Shown here piece by piece: positions 38,795-49,566 of a DNA stretch of 64,000 nt. The position numbers and the translations under genes were made by a program. The stretch is taken from contig OY776510.1 in NCBI GenBank assembly GCA_963675665.1, forward strand, positions 2,592,001 to 2,656,000. The letters are read 5' to 3'. This DNA comes from Spirochaetia bacterium. GTDB lineage: Bacteria; Spirochaetota; Spirochaetia; UBA9216. Each line of letters opens with the position of its first letter. The stretch's first letter is position 1. Below the pieces are notes generated by a model. It worked only from the letters and a program-made list of their open reading frames with translations, had not been told where the DNA came from and ran no database searches.

Positions 38795-39946
38795 TTATTT
38801 ATTATTCAATTCTTCTAATTCCTGTTTGGCTTCTTCCACCTCTAACATTGCTTGATATAAACTTAATTGGTGAGTTAAATTTTGAAGTTCTTCCTTTTGA
38901 CTCAATTCTTCTGAATTCATAAATAACTCAGGATAATTCTCTCGTAGTGTTTTTAAATTTGTATTTAATTCTGATGTTATTGAGGACAAAAGTAAAGAGA
39001 GATCCTCTCCTGAACTTGTGTTTGTTATTTTATATTCAGTAAGAGTCGCTGATTTATTTGAAAATGTAATACTTTGGATTGTGTCAGAGAACGGTTTTGA
39101 TTTATATGTGATAATGCCGATAGGTCCTAATTGAGGCAAAATTACGAAATTATCTGTAATATGTTCAGAGTTGATATTGGTCTCAATTAATAACGCTCCT
39201 CCGCTTCTGTAAGGAATCCCGGAGATTTTTGAATCTTTAAGATTCATGATTGGATCAGTTTTTATTTTTTCTGAAGTTATTCGCGATTTAAAATATAGGA
39301 CTAAATTAATGACTTTTTTTTCTTCAGCTATAATTCCCGAGAATAGCTCGTAATTTACTTTTGCGCGAGAATAATTAGAATCACTATCTTTCCAGTTTAA
39401 ATCTGAGATATCAATTATTACTGATAAAGTTTCAGTTTCTGTTCTTATCTCGGAAGCCGTTTTACCTCTGATAGAATTGATTCCTATTTTCCCAATATTG
39501 ATTGCTGCTTCTGAGAAACTTGTGATCATTTCACCTGCTTTATCCTTGATATCCAAATTTGTAGATTTAAGTATTGATGAATTCATAAATTCCAGACTTA
39601 GATCTGAAGTCTTGGTGAATTTGTTTAAGTCAGATGGCTCGAATACAAATTTTAACTCTTGATCGGGCACAATTATTGTTTCAATAGTATAATCTGTGAT
39701 TTTAATTGATATCTCGATTGATGATTCTTCATTCTTTTTTGGGTTTCCCTCATCATCTGCCGGCCATGTTTCTTTTTGAATTATTTCATAATCGAGTTTT
39801 ATTTGAAGCAACCCATACGGCATGGAAAGTATTAAGCCTTGTGGAGGTAATTCATCATTTACCATAGTTACTTCTGCAATAGAAGTGCATCCTGAATAAA
39901 ATGTCATAAAGATAAGCAAGGCAGCAACAATTTTGAATTTTTTCAT
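38795..39946 (-). CDS. Hypothetical lipoprotein
   Basis: Signal peptide with lipobox-like YSG-C; C-terminal coiled coil. Confidence 0.65.
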   Translation of the reverse strand: MKKFKIVAALLIFMTFYSGCTSIAEVTMVNDELPPQGLILSMPYGLLQIKLDYEIIQKETWPADDEGNPKKNEESSIEISIKITDYTIETIIVPDQELKFVFEPSDLNKFTKTSDLSLEFMNSSILKSTNLDIKDKAGEMITSFSEAAINIGKIGINSIRGKTASEIRTETETLSVIIDISDLNWKDSDSNYSRAKVNYELFSGIIAEEKKVINLVLYFKSRITSEKIKTDPIMNLKDSKISGIPYRSGGALLIETNINSEHITDNFVILPQLGPIGIITYKSKPFSDTIQSITFSNKSATLTEYKITNTSSGEDLSLLLSSITSELNTNLKTLRENYPELFMNSEELSQKEELQNLTHQLSLYQAMLEVEEAKQELEELNNK

Positions 39947-40055
39947 AATTTTACTCCTTTAAAATATTTTATATAGCTTAACCAAATATGAAACTGATCC
40001 CTTGATATAAAATAGATAGATGCAAATTTAGCGGTGGTGTTATTCTTTTCTAAAT

Positions 40056-40661
40056 TTAATATTCTTTTTGAATTTTGATTCTTCCTGAAAAATGAGCATT
40101 ATTGGAACAATATCCTGTGACTTTAATTTTTATATGCTTTCCATTACCTATAATGCTTGAACCTTCCAAGAATTGGAGTGTTTTTCCGCTAATATCTTTA
40201 ATGATATTGCCATCAATAATCAATGTCATTTTCCCTTCACTACAATTTGTATTTGTCCTGTTGAATTCAACTACAAAATCAGTATCTTGAGAAAAAGCTG
40301 CAAGAAGAATTTCATCTGAATCTTGGGGAAAAGCATTCCAGGTTGATGAATAAAAATCATTTTGCAGTTCTTGGACACACTCCCATGTTGCTAATATGTT
40401 TGTACCGCTTCCGGTTTGTTCGATTTGAATTTCCTTTCCTTCGAGAAATAAACTTCCCCCTTCATAGAGCATCCCTTCAATTTCAGAACCGTCAACGTAA
40501 AATTTAAATTTTGTGTTTTCTGAATCTACAAGTTCAGTACAATCTAACCTAAAAAGATGTTTTTCACTTAGAGGCATTGCTGTAATTCTTGTAAGGTTTA
40601 ACTTTTCTGTAGTTTTCCAACCGCCTTGAAGGAAGTGCACATTAGTTTTTTTATTTTCCAA
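40056..40661 (-). CDS. Hypothetical beta-rich protein
   Basis: 201-aa ORF, TTG start after AGGAA; internal two-fold similarity. Confidence 0.55.
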   Translation of the reverse strand: MENKKTNVHFLQGGWKTTEKLNLTRITAMPLSEKHLFRLDCTELVDSENTKFKFYVDGSEIEGMLYEGGSLFLEGKEIQIEQTGSGTNILATWECVQELQNDFYSSTWNAFPQDSDEILLAAFSQDTDFVVEFNRTNTNCSEGKMTLIIDGNIIKDISGKTLQFLEGSSIIGNGKHIKIKVTGYCSNNAHFSGRIKIQKEY

Positions 40662-40857
40662 TTTTTAATTTCCTTTCCTAGAATATTATAACTCCATTTT
40701 TATATTATGTAAATTATATTGAAATGACAGAATTTTTGAATCGACGTAGCATTTCAGCACGAATCCAAATGCACATTTTTAATATAAAACCACAAAATAT
40801 TATAAAAATAAGTTATAATAGCCCCTGATAATAAAATTATTTAACGAGTGTTGCCCT

Positions 40858-42594
40858 ATGCAAAATATCGAACAACAATTCCTTAACGAACTTGATGCCA
40901 AGCTCTGGAAATCTGCCGACAGGCTCAGAAATGCCCTTGATGCGGCAAATTACAAGCATGTAGTTCTTGGTATAATCTTTTTAAAATATGTTTCCGATGC
41001 CTTTGAACAGCGCCAGACGGAGCTTCGGCGTCTTTTCACTGAAGAGGGGCTTGATGATCTTTATTTTATGCCACGTGAAGATTATAACAGTGACGAAGAG
41101 TACGAACAGGCTATATCCGAGGAATTGGAACTGTATGAATACTATCAGGCTGATAATGTTTTCTGGGTTCCTAAAGTTGCCAGATGGAAATTTCTGCAGG
41201 AATCTGCTGCATTACCAATCGGAACGGTACTTTGGAAGGATGAAAAGGGTAATGATGTTAAACTACGCTCGATTTCATGGTTGATAGATAACGCACTCGA
41301 ATCGATAGAAGATTATAAAATAGATGATAAACCGGCTAATCCCAAGCTTAAAGGGATTTTGCCGCGTATTACGAATTACGCGGTAGATAATTATAATCTC
41401 ATCGAGCTTATCAATAAGTTTTCGGACACTAATTTCAGCAATCCCGAATATAACGGAGAAAAGCTAAGTCTTCACAGCAAGGATATCCTCGGGCACGTTT
41501 ATGAATACTTTCTTGGGCAGTTTGCGCTTGCAGAGGGTAAGCAGGGCGGACAGTATTACACACCTAAAAGTATCGTTACGCTGATTGTTGAGATGCTTGA
41601 ACCGTATAAAGGGCGTGTATACGATCCTGCAATGGGTGCCGGCGGGTTCTTTGTGAACAGCGATAAGTTTATTGAGCATCATGCGGCTGAAAAGCATTAC
41701 AATGCGTCAGAACAGCGAAAGCATATATCGGTATACGGTCAGGAAAGCAACCCCACAACCTGGAAGCTGGCTGCAATGAATATGGCCATCCGTGGGATAG
41801 ATTTTAACTTCGGAAAGAAGAACGCCGATTCATTTCTTGATGATCAGCATCCGGATCTAAGAGCTGATTTTGTCATGGCTAATCCCCCGTTTAATATCAA
41901 GGAATGGTGGCATCCGAAACTTGAAGGCGATGCCCGCTGGAAGTACGGTACTCCTCCGCAGGGAAACGCTAACTTTGCATGGATGCAGCACATGCTCTAT
42001 CATCTAAACGATACGGGTTCCATGGCCCTGCTGCTTGCTAACGGTTCAATGAGTTCAAATACGAATAATGAGGGTGAAATAAGAAAGAACCTTATTGAGG
42101 CTGATATCGTTGAATGCATGGTAGCCTTGCCCGGACAGCTTTTTACAAACACCCAGATCCCGGCCTGTATATGGTTCTTATCAAAGGACAAGAAAAACGG
42201 TTTTGCACTTAATAAGAAGAAAACAGACCGCAGGGGAAAATATCTATTCATAGATGCTAGAAATCTCGGATATATGAAGGACCGTGTTCTTCGTGATTTC
42301 ACGGAAGAGGATATAAAAAAGATTGTACAGGCTTATCACGCTTGGCAGCAGAATGACGGATATGAGGACGAGTCAGGTTTTTGTTACTCGGCAAGTCTGG
42401 AAGAAATAGCAAAGAATGATTATGTGCTGACTCCCGGTCGTTATGTTGGTGCTCCAGAGCAGGAAGAAGATTCCGAACCCTTTCCAGAGAAGATGCAGCG
42501 TCTGACTGGACAACTTAAGGTGCAGTTTGAAGAATCAGACAGGCTTGAAGCTGAGATACGCAAGAATCTTGCAGGATTGGGCTATTCACTGTGA
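40858..42594 (+). CDS. hsdM: Type I R-M methyltransferase subunit
   Basis: LWKSADRLR, GQYYTPKS, YDPAMGAGG, ANPPFN (N6-adenine MTase). Confidence 0.96.
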   Translation: MQNIEQQFLNELDAKLWKSADRLRNALDAANYKHVVLGIIFLKYVSDAFEQRQTELRRLFTEEGLDDLYFMPREDYNSDEEYEQAISEELELYEYYQADNVFWVPKVARWKFLQESAALPIGTVLWKDEKGNDVKLRSISWLIDNALESIEDYKIDDKPANPKLKGILPRITNYAVDNYNLIELINKFSDTNFSNPEYNGEKLSLHSKDILGHVYEYFLGQFALAEGKQGGQYYTPKSIVTLIVEMLEPYKGRVYDPAMGAGGFFVNSDKFIEHHAAEKHYNASEQRKHISVYGQESNPTTWKLAAMNMAIRGIDFNFGKKNADSFLDDQHPDLRADFVMANPPFNIKEWWHPKLEGDARWKYGTPPQGNANFAWMQHMLYHLNDTGSMALLLANGSMSSNTNNEGEIRKNLIEADIVECMVALPGQLFTNTQIPACIWFLSKDKKNGFALNKKKTDRRGKYLFIDARNLGYMKDRVLRDFTEEDIKKIVQAYHAWQQNDGYEDESGFCYSASLEEIAKNDYVLTPGRYVGAPEQEEDSEPFPEKMQRLTGQLKVQFEESDRLEAEIRKNLAGLGYSL

Positions 42595-42653
42595 TTTCTG
42601 GAGCTAAATATCGTCATGCAACCGCTAATTATCGCATGTTAGGGCTGTATATC

Positions 42654-42682
42654 TTGACAAATTCCAATCCGGATACTAAATT
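42654..42682 (+). promoter_or_regulatory. Internal sigma70 promoter upstream of the abi gene
   Basis: TTGACA-17-TAAATT. Confidence 0.6.
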
Positions 42683-42692
42683 AATATTAATA

Positions 42693-42745
42693 GGATCCGC
42701 CACGGGACACCTTCGGGTACCGCACCAGGGCGGATTGTTTTTTTA
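42693..42745 (+). ncRNA. Putative Abi_2/AbiF-associated structured RNA (antitoxin or leader)
   Basis: Stem ATCCGCC/GGCGGAT enclosing an ACC-TTCG-GGT tetraloop hairpin, then a T-tract; lies between the promoter and the abi start. Confidence 0.55.
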
Positions 42746-42768
42746 TATGCCTACGGAGGCTCCTCTCT

Positions 42769-43647
42769 GTGGCTAAAATCCCTTATACAAAGCCCGTATT
42801 ATCCGTCTCCGAGCAAATATCACTACTAAAAGATCGCGGTATAGCTTTTGCTGATGAAGAGTCTTCAGAACGATTTCTAACCTACCATAACTATTACTAT
42901 GTAAGCGGTTATGTCTATTATTTTGAAAATAAAAGCGATGTAAGAACCCATTGCCTGAAGAGACCTATAGATTTCTCCGATGTTATTGCAATTATCCGCT
43001 ATGATCAGCAATTAAGAGAGTTGTTCTTTGGCGCCGTTCAAACGATAGAATTTGCGCTTAGGAGCTCTATTGCGCGAAATCTTGCGGATATGGAGAATCC
43101 ATTTTGTATAGAAGATCGCTCAATATTTAAATCTGATTATCTACATAATATCCTTATGGGTAATATACGAAAGGCTCTTAATGATAGAAAGAAAGAACCC
43201 TTCCTTACTCACTACAGCAATGTTTATCAGGAAGAAATCCCTCCTGTATGGATAACTATAGAGCTGTTGACCTTCGGTGCAGTCTCAAGGCTGTATGCAA
43301 ATTTGAAAACACCATATCAGAAACGAATAGCTGATGAGCTACAAACAGATCACATTGTACTAGTTTCATGGTTGAAGGCTGTAACGGAATTAAGAAACAC
43401 CTGTGCGCATCATTCGCGCCTATGGAACAAAGTCTTTGTTAATGCGCCCAAGATTCGCAAGGCTGATCAAGGTTTTCCGCTTAACGAAAACGGGAAATAT
43501 CGAATAGGGGCTTTTATTCCTATGGTATTACATCTATTGAATGTTATCGGGGAAAGAAGTGACTGGGAAGATCTGTTGTTAGGCTGGATAGAGCAGAATA
43601 GAATTATTTGTTTAAGCGATATGGGGCTTGAAAGGGTGTGGAAGTGA
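42769..43647 (+). CDS. Abi_2 (AbiD/AbiF-like) HEPN RNase
   Basis: EQISLLKDRG, NYYYVSGY, PVWITIELLTFG and LRNTCAHHSRLWN (RxxxxH). Confidence 0.9.
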   Translation: MAKIPYTKPVLSVSEQISLLKDRGIAFADEESSERFLTYHNYYYVSGYVYYFENKSDVRTHCLKRPIDFSDVIAIIRYDQQLRELFFGAVQTIEFALRSSIARNLADMENPFCIEDRSIFKSDYLHNILMGNIRKALNDRKKEPFLTHYSNVYQEEIPPVWITIELLTFGAVSRLYANLKTPYQKRIADELQTDHIVLVSWLKAVTELRNTCAHHSRLWNKVFVNAPKIRKADQGFPLNENGKYRIGAFIPMVLHLLNVIGERSDWEDLLLGWIEQNRIICLSDMGLERVWK

Positions 43648-43648
43648 T

Positions 43649-45055
43649 ATGAGTTTTAAACAACAGATGAATAGACTTTCTGATTTTATAGATATTAAAC
43701 ATGGTTATGCATTTAAAGGTGATTTCTTTGTTTCAGATGAAAAAGAAGATTGTTTGGTTACTCCTGGTAATTTTGCTATTGGTGGTGGTTTTAAAGAGGA
43801 TAAACTGAAATACTATGCAGGTCCTGTTCCAGAAGATTATATTTTACATAGAAATGATCTTGTAGTAACAATGACAGATTTAAGTAAGGAAGCTGATACC
43901 TTAGGTTTCTCTGCATTAATTCCTGAAATAACTGGGCATAGATTTTTACATAATCAACGTATTGGGTTGATCCAATTTAAAAATGACGAAATTGATAAAT
44001 TCTATTTATATTTTTTATTGCGGTCGAGAGAATATCGTCATCATGTAGTAAGTAGTGCCTCTGGAACAACGGTTAAACATACGTCGCCAACAAAAATATT
44101 GTCATTTGAATTTTACAAACCACCTTTAGATGTTCAAAAAATAATTGGTAAGTATTTGATAGATATTGAAAATAAAATCCAACTCAACACAAAAATAAAT
44201 AAAACGCTTGAAGCTATGGCTCAATCAATCTTTAAAAGCTGGTTTGTAGATTTTGATCCGGTAAGAGCCAAGATGGCGGCACTGGTATCCGGCGGCAGCG
44301 ATCGGGATGCCGAGCTTGCCGCTATGAGTGTTATTTCCGGTAAAGATGAAGATGCCATTTTACAATTTGAACAGGCTGATCCGGATGCCTATAAAGAACT
44401 TGCAGAAACAGCCGCGTTATTCCCATCAGCTATGCAGGATTCGGAGCTTGGAGAGATTCCAGAAGGGTGGGAGGTTGCTGATTTAGGAGAATCCTATGAG
44501 GTTGTAATGGGACAATCGCCTAACGGAAACACTTATAATGAACAAAAAGAAGGAGTATTGTTTTTTCAAGGTAGAGCTGAATTCGGTTGGCGTTTCCCTA
44601 CTCCTCGATTGTATACTACAGATCCTAAACGGATGGCAAAAAAAGATGATATATTATTAAGTGTCAGAGCCCCAGTCGGGGATTTAAATTGGGCATTAAA
44701 CGATTGCTGTATCGGCAGAGGCTTAAGTGGCCTAAAACATCACAGTGGCTGTAGTTCATATAGTTATGCTCATCTAAATCATTTAAAAGATATTTTTGAC
44801 AGATTTAATTCAGAGGGCACTGTTTTTGGCTCAATTAATCAAAAAGATTTAAAAGCTATTAAGATTATTGAACCAGAAAAAACATTAGTGGAGCTTTTTA
44901 CGAGAAAAGTAGATGACATTGATAATTCAATTGAAAATTCAAATGAACAAATTATTGTTCTTTCTTCTATCCGAGACACTCTTCTACTAAAACTTCTCTC
45001 CGGTGAAATAGATTTGTCGGCAATTGAAACTGAATTTGATGAGGCTTGTTCATGA
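43649..45055 (+). CDS. hsdS: Type I R-M specificity subunit
   Basis: Two TRDs, PPLDVQ, LEAMAQSIFKSWFVDF, ELGEIPEGW and RDTLLLKLLSGEI. Confidence 0.94.
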   Translation: MSFKQQMNRLSDFIDIKHGYAFKGDFFVSDEKEDCLVTPGNFAIGGGFKEDKLKYYAGPVPEDYILHRNDLVVTMTDLSKEADTLGFSALIPEITGHRFLHNQRIGLIQFKNDEIDKFYLYFLLRSREYRHHVVSSASGTTVKHTSPTKILSFEFYKPPLDVQKIIGKYLIDIENKIQLNTKINKTLEAMAQSIFKSWFVDFDPVRAKMAALVSGGSDRDAELAAMSVISGKDEDAILQFEQADPDAYKELAETAALFPSAMQDSELGEIPEGWEVADLGESYEVVMGQSPNGNTYNEQKEGVLFFQGRAEFGWRFPTPRLYTTDPKRMAKKDDILLSVRAPVGDLNWALNDCCIGRGLSGLKHHSGCSSYSYAHLNHLKDIFDRFNSEGTVFGSINQKDLKAIKIIEPEKTLVELFTRKVDDIDNSIENSNEQIIVLSSIRDTLLLKLLSGEIDLSAIETEFDEACS

Positions 45056-46284
45056 GTTTTTCTGATAATTATTGGGATAAGATTCCTTCATGGAACAATA
45101 GTTCGGCACAAGAAAGTTTTGAAATTTTCTCAGACGATATTAGCGGCAGAATTCCAGTAACAAAGATTGAACACTGGCATGATTTCGTAGAACTTATAGA
45201 AGATTCTTTTTTTAATGGAAACGGCGATGAATACGTATACAGAGGTCATCGTAGATATGATTGGAGAATGACACCGACGCTTGCTCGTGTTACAGAAAAT
45301 GATATCATCACGTTGGATATTGCTGAAAAACAATTATCAATGTTTAGAAAGGCTATCAGGGGGCGTATTACAGACCATTCTCTATTGGAAGAAGGTCTCG
45401 AAGATGATGAGCTATGGTCTATCGGTCAGCATCATGGTCTTATGACACCCTTGCTTGACTGGACTTATTCTCCGTATGTTTCGCTTTTCTTTGCATTTTC
45501 AAAAGAGGATCAGGAAGAGGAAGAGGATAACCCCTATAGATCTGTTTTCATTTTAAATAAAAGCTTTATTGCAAATGATGATCTTTGCCCTGATATCAGG
45601 ATGTTTGAGCCTAAAAAAGATGATTACGGCAGGCTTGTTAACCAGGCTGGACTTTTTACCTTTTCTCCTTATGACTCAACTATCGAAAATAAACTTACCG
45701 AAGTTTTAACTGCTGAAGATTTTCAGGACGACGAGTTAAAAAACGCTACCGAGAAAGAGCAGCCTGGTATTATCGCAAAATACATATGCAAGATTTACAT
45801 AAAGAATGAAGAGCAGCAGGAATGTTTAAAATTCCTCAGAAGAATGAATGTACATCATGCAAGTCTGTTCCCGGATCTCATTGGCGCTGCGGAATACTGC
45901 AATGTCTTTATGATGGAACAAAAAAGGATTATCCCAAATCCACCTGCTTCAGAAATTAAATATTCATACGATAGTGAAAGTACATATTCAGTCGCAGCAG
46001 AACCAACGCCTTCTTATGGAAAAGCTGATTCAATTTTCGAATTACTTAAGATGTCGGATGAAAGCGGAAAAGTTACTCCAGATCTTATTGAGCTTATCGC
46101 AAATGAACTGTCAAAGGTTTTATCTAAATCGATGCTGGTAGATTGGCAGGAGCGAGAAACCCTGCAAGCCCGGATGAAAACACAAACGAGGGTTTTACTC
46201 AGAAAATATGGATATCCAAGTGAAGCGCGCGATCAAGTAATTAAAAATATTATTGATGTTCTCTCCAGGGAGGCAACCGAATGA
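45052..46284 (+). CDS. FRG domain protein with an HsdR-like C-terminal domain
   Basis: YRGH, QHHGLMTPLLDWT, LFFAF, RLVNQAGLF and SLFPDL; C-terminus VDWQERE...VLLRKYGYP. Confidence 0.85.
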   Translation: MSFSDNYWDKIPSWNNSSAQESFEIFSDDISGRIPVTKIEHWHDFVELIEDSFFNGNGDEYVYRGHRRYDWRMTPTLARVTENDIITLDIAEKQLSMFRKAIRGRITDHSLLEEGLEDDELWSIGQHHGLMTPLLDWTYSPYVSLFFAFSKEDQEEEEDNPYRSVFILNKSFIANDDLCPDIRMFEPKKDDYGRLVNQAGLFTFSPYDSTIENKLTEVLTAEDFQDDELKNATEKEQPGIIAKYICKIYIKNEEQQECLKFLRRMNVHHASLFPDLIGAAEYCNVFMMEQKRIIPNPPASEIKYSYDSESTYSVAAEPTPSYGKADSIFELLKMSDESGKVTPDLIELIANELSKVLSKSMLVDWQERETLQARMKTQTRVLLRKYGYPSEARDQVIKNIIDVLSREATE

Positions 46285-49200
46285 CGGAAGAAGAACTTGA
46301 AGGTCTGTGCCTTGAATGGTTTCATGATACCGGCTGGGAAGTTTTATTAGGATCTAATGTCACTCCCGATGGGCCGTCTCCGTTAAGAAGTTCATTCTCT
46401 CAGGTTATAATCGAAGAACATCTTCGTTTCGTTTTTGCTGATCTTAATCACCATATTCCTAAAACTGCTCATGATGTTTGTATCGAGCAGGTTATTTCAA
46501 AGCTTACCAAACCTGAATCTCTTGATCCTGTTCTAAATAATAAAAACTTTCATCATATGTTATTGGCTGGTGTTCCTATTGAATATAAAGATGGTGACGA
46601 GCTTGTTAAGGATCAGGCGCTTCTTGTTGATTTTGAGAAGTATGAGAATAACCGATTTGCAGTTATTAATCAGTTTACCGTTACTGGAACAAAGCAGCCG
46701 CGACGGCCTGATGTCGTCTGTTTTCTAAACGGTTTGCCGATTGCTGTTATTGAGCTTAAGAGTCCTAATGATGAGCATGTTGATATATGGGATGCCTTTA
46801 ATCAGCTTCAAACCTATAAGGATGAAATAGCGGATCTTTTTATCACCAATGAAGCCTTATTATAAGCGACGGTTATACTGCAAGAGTAGGCTCTCTTACG
46901 GCTAACCGCGAGAGGTTCATGCCCTGGCGGACTATAAAGAATGAAGATGACAAGCCCCTGCTTGAGTGGCAGCTTGAGACAATGGTCCGGGGATTCTTTG
47001 ATAGAGAACTGTTTCTCAATTACATTCGCTATTTTGTTTTATTTGAGAACGATGCTGATATTTTGATAAAAAAAATTGCGGGCTATCATCAATTCCATGC
47101 TGTCCTTGAAGCGGTAAGGGCTACTATCATTGCTTCGAAAAGATCCGATCCTGAGTTAATTGCCGAGAAAGCAGATTATGGCAAGCGTGTTGTTCCGGGA
47201 TGTAAGAAGGCTGGGGTAGTCTGGCATACACAGGGAAGCGGTAAGAGCATATCGATGTGTTGTTATGCCGGCATGATCCTTCAACAACCTGAAATGAATA
47301 ATCCTACCCTGGTTGTGGTTACAGATCGCAATGACCTTGACGGCCAACTTTTTACAACCTTCGGTAATGCAGTAGAACTACTTAAACAAACGCCTGTTCA
47401 GGCTTCGAATCGAGATGAGCTGCGTCAATTTATTTCCGAACGGGAGTCAGGTGGAATCATCTTTACTACTGTTCAAAAGTTTACTCTTATCAATGATGAA
47501 AATGAGCATCCGGTTTTAAATAAACGTCATAACATTGTTGTAATATCTGATGAGGCTCATCGAAGTCAATATGGACTTAAAGCTGTATTAACTAAAAATG
47601 GAATTTATAAGTTCGGTTATGCAAAGCATATGCGTGATGCCTTGCCGAATGCATCATTTATCGGATTTACGGGAACGCCAGTATCAAGCGAAGACAAAGA
47701 TACCAGATCTGTTTTCGGTGACTATGTTTCAATCTATGATATTCAGGATGCAGTTGATGATAAGGCAACCGTCCCTATCTATTATGAATCGAGGCTTGCA
47801 AAACTCGATCTGAATCAGGCAGAGATTAGTTCTCTATCAGATAAAGTTGATGAGGTAATTGAAGATGAAGAGGACATCAGCTCCCGCGAAAAAACAAAGG
47901 GGGAGTGGAGCCGACTTGAAAAACTGGTAGGTGCGGCTCCGAGGCTAAAGCAAGTTGCAGCTGATATCGTTGAACACTTTGAGACTCGACTCTCAGTAAT
48001 TGACGGCAAGGCAATGATAGTCGCAATGAGTCGTGAGATTTGCGTTCATCTGTATAATGAAATCATCGCCCTGCGCCCCGACTGGCATAATGATGATCCA
48101 GAAAAAGGTGCAATCAAAATAGTGATGACCGGCTCTGCATCAGACCGTCCCTTTTTACAGCCGCACATCTATAATAAGGCGGTAAAAAAACGAATAGAAA
48201 AGCGGTTTAAGGAGCCGGAGGATAATTTAAAACTTGTGATTGTTCGTGATATGTGGCTTACCGGTTTTGACGCACCATGCTGCCATACCATGTATGTCGA
48301 TAAACCGATGAAGGGCCATAACCTAATGCAGGCGATAGCGCGGGTAAACCGGGTCTTTAAGGATAAACCCGGCGGCCTTGTCGTTGATTATATCGGTATC
48401 GCTAACGAGCTTAAGCATGCTTTGAAGGATTACACCGAATCAAAGGGCCGGGGAGAACCAACGAGATATTCCGAAGAAGCTCTTGCTGTATTGTTAGAAA
48501 AGATCGATATAATAAGGGGGATGTTTGCAGCTTCACCATCGTCTGCAGGGCTTGATATTTCAGCATTCGAGACTAAAGCTAATAAGCTGCTTATTCCAGC
48601 CGCCAATCTTATATTAAGCATGGAAGATGGAAAGAAGCGTTTTCTTGATAATGTACTTGCTGTAAACAAGGCTTTTTCTCTTTGCGGAACTCTTGATGAA
48701 GCCAAAGTAATGAGAAAAGAGATAGCATTTTATACAGCAATAAAAGCGGCCATTACAAAGTTTACTTCAGTCGATAAAAAGCTGACCGAGGAAGAAAAGA
48801 ATTCGGCATTAAAGCAAATACTTGATAATGCAATTGTAGCGGAAGGCGTAACCGACGTCTTTGCCCTTTGTGGTCTTGAGAAGCCCAATATCGGCTTATT
48901 GTCAGATGAGTTCCTTGAAGATGTCAGAAATATGCCTCAGAAGAATCTTGCAATTGAGTTACTTGAAAAACTGCTTCAGGATAGCATAAAGGCAAAGACA
49001 AGAAATAATATAGTTCAGGAAAAGAAGTATGCCGATAGACTTCAGGAAACATTGAGAAAATATAATAACAGGGCAATAGAAACCGCGCAGGTAATTGAAG
49101 AGCTAATCCAGATGGCAAAGGATTTTCAGGAAGCATTAAGAAAGGAAGAAGCGCTTGGCCTTAATCCCGATGAGATAGCCTTTTATGATGCCCTTGCTGA

Positions 49201-49444
49201 CAATGAAAGTGCTGTTCGCGAACTGGGAGACGAGATCTTGAAAAAGATAGCCGTTGAGATTACAGAAAAGCTTCGTCAATCAACCACTGTTGACTGGCAG
49301 GTGCGCGATAGCGTCAGAGCACGATTGAAAATATTAGTTAGACGTACATTAAAGAAATGGAAATACCCGCCGGATAAATCCGCTGAAGCAGTTGAGTTAA
49401 TCATGAAGCAAGCGGAGGTAATGTCCAACGAATGGAGTAGGTAA
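46281..49444 (+). pseudogene. hsdR: Type I R-M restriction subunit, frameshifted near 46855-46862
   Basis: N part has RPDVVCFLNGLPIAVIELKS; C part has [14 protein letters not shown] and MWLTGFD; the missing [20 protein letters not shown] lies in the frame of the 46919 ORF (net 1-nt loss). Confidence 0.88.
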
Positions 49445-49566
49445 AAATGAATATTTTTTTAGGAAAGTTCAGTACAAAATATCCAGAACAAATTGAGAAA
49501 AGATTTTACGGGGCAGGAGAATATAGATAGAATCAAAAGTAATATGAAAAAGGCAAAGTTTCAATT

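Noticed and set aside
42591-42776. 61-aa ORF between hsdM and abi
   Set aside because: It overlaps the promoter and RNA hairpin and has no protein features.
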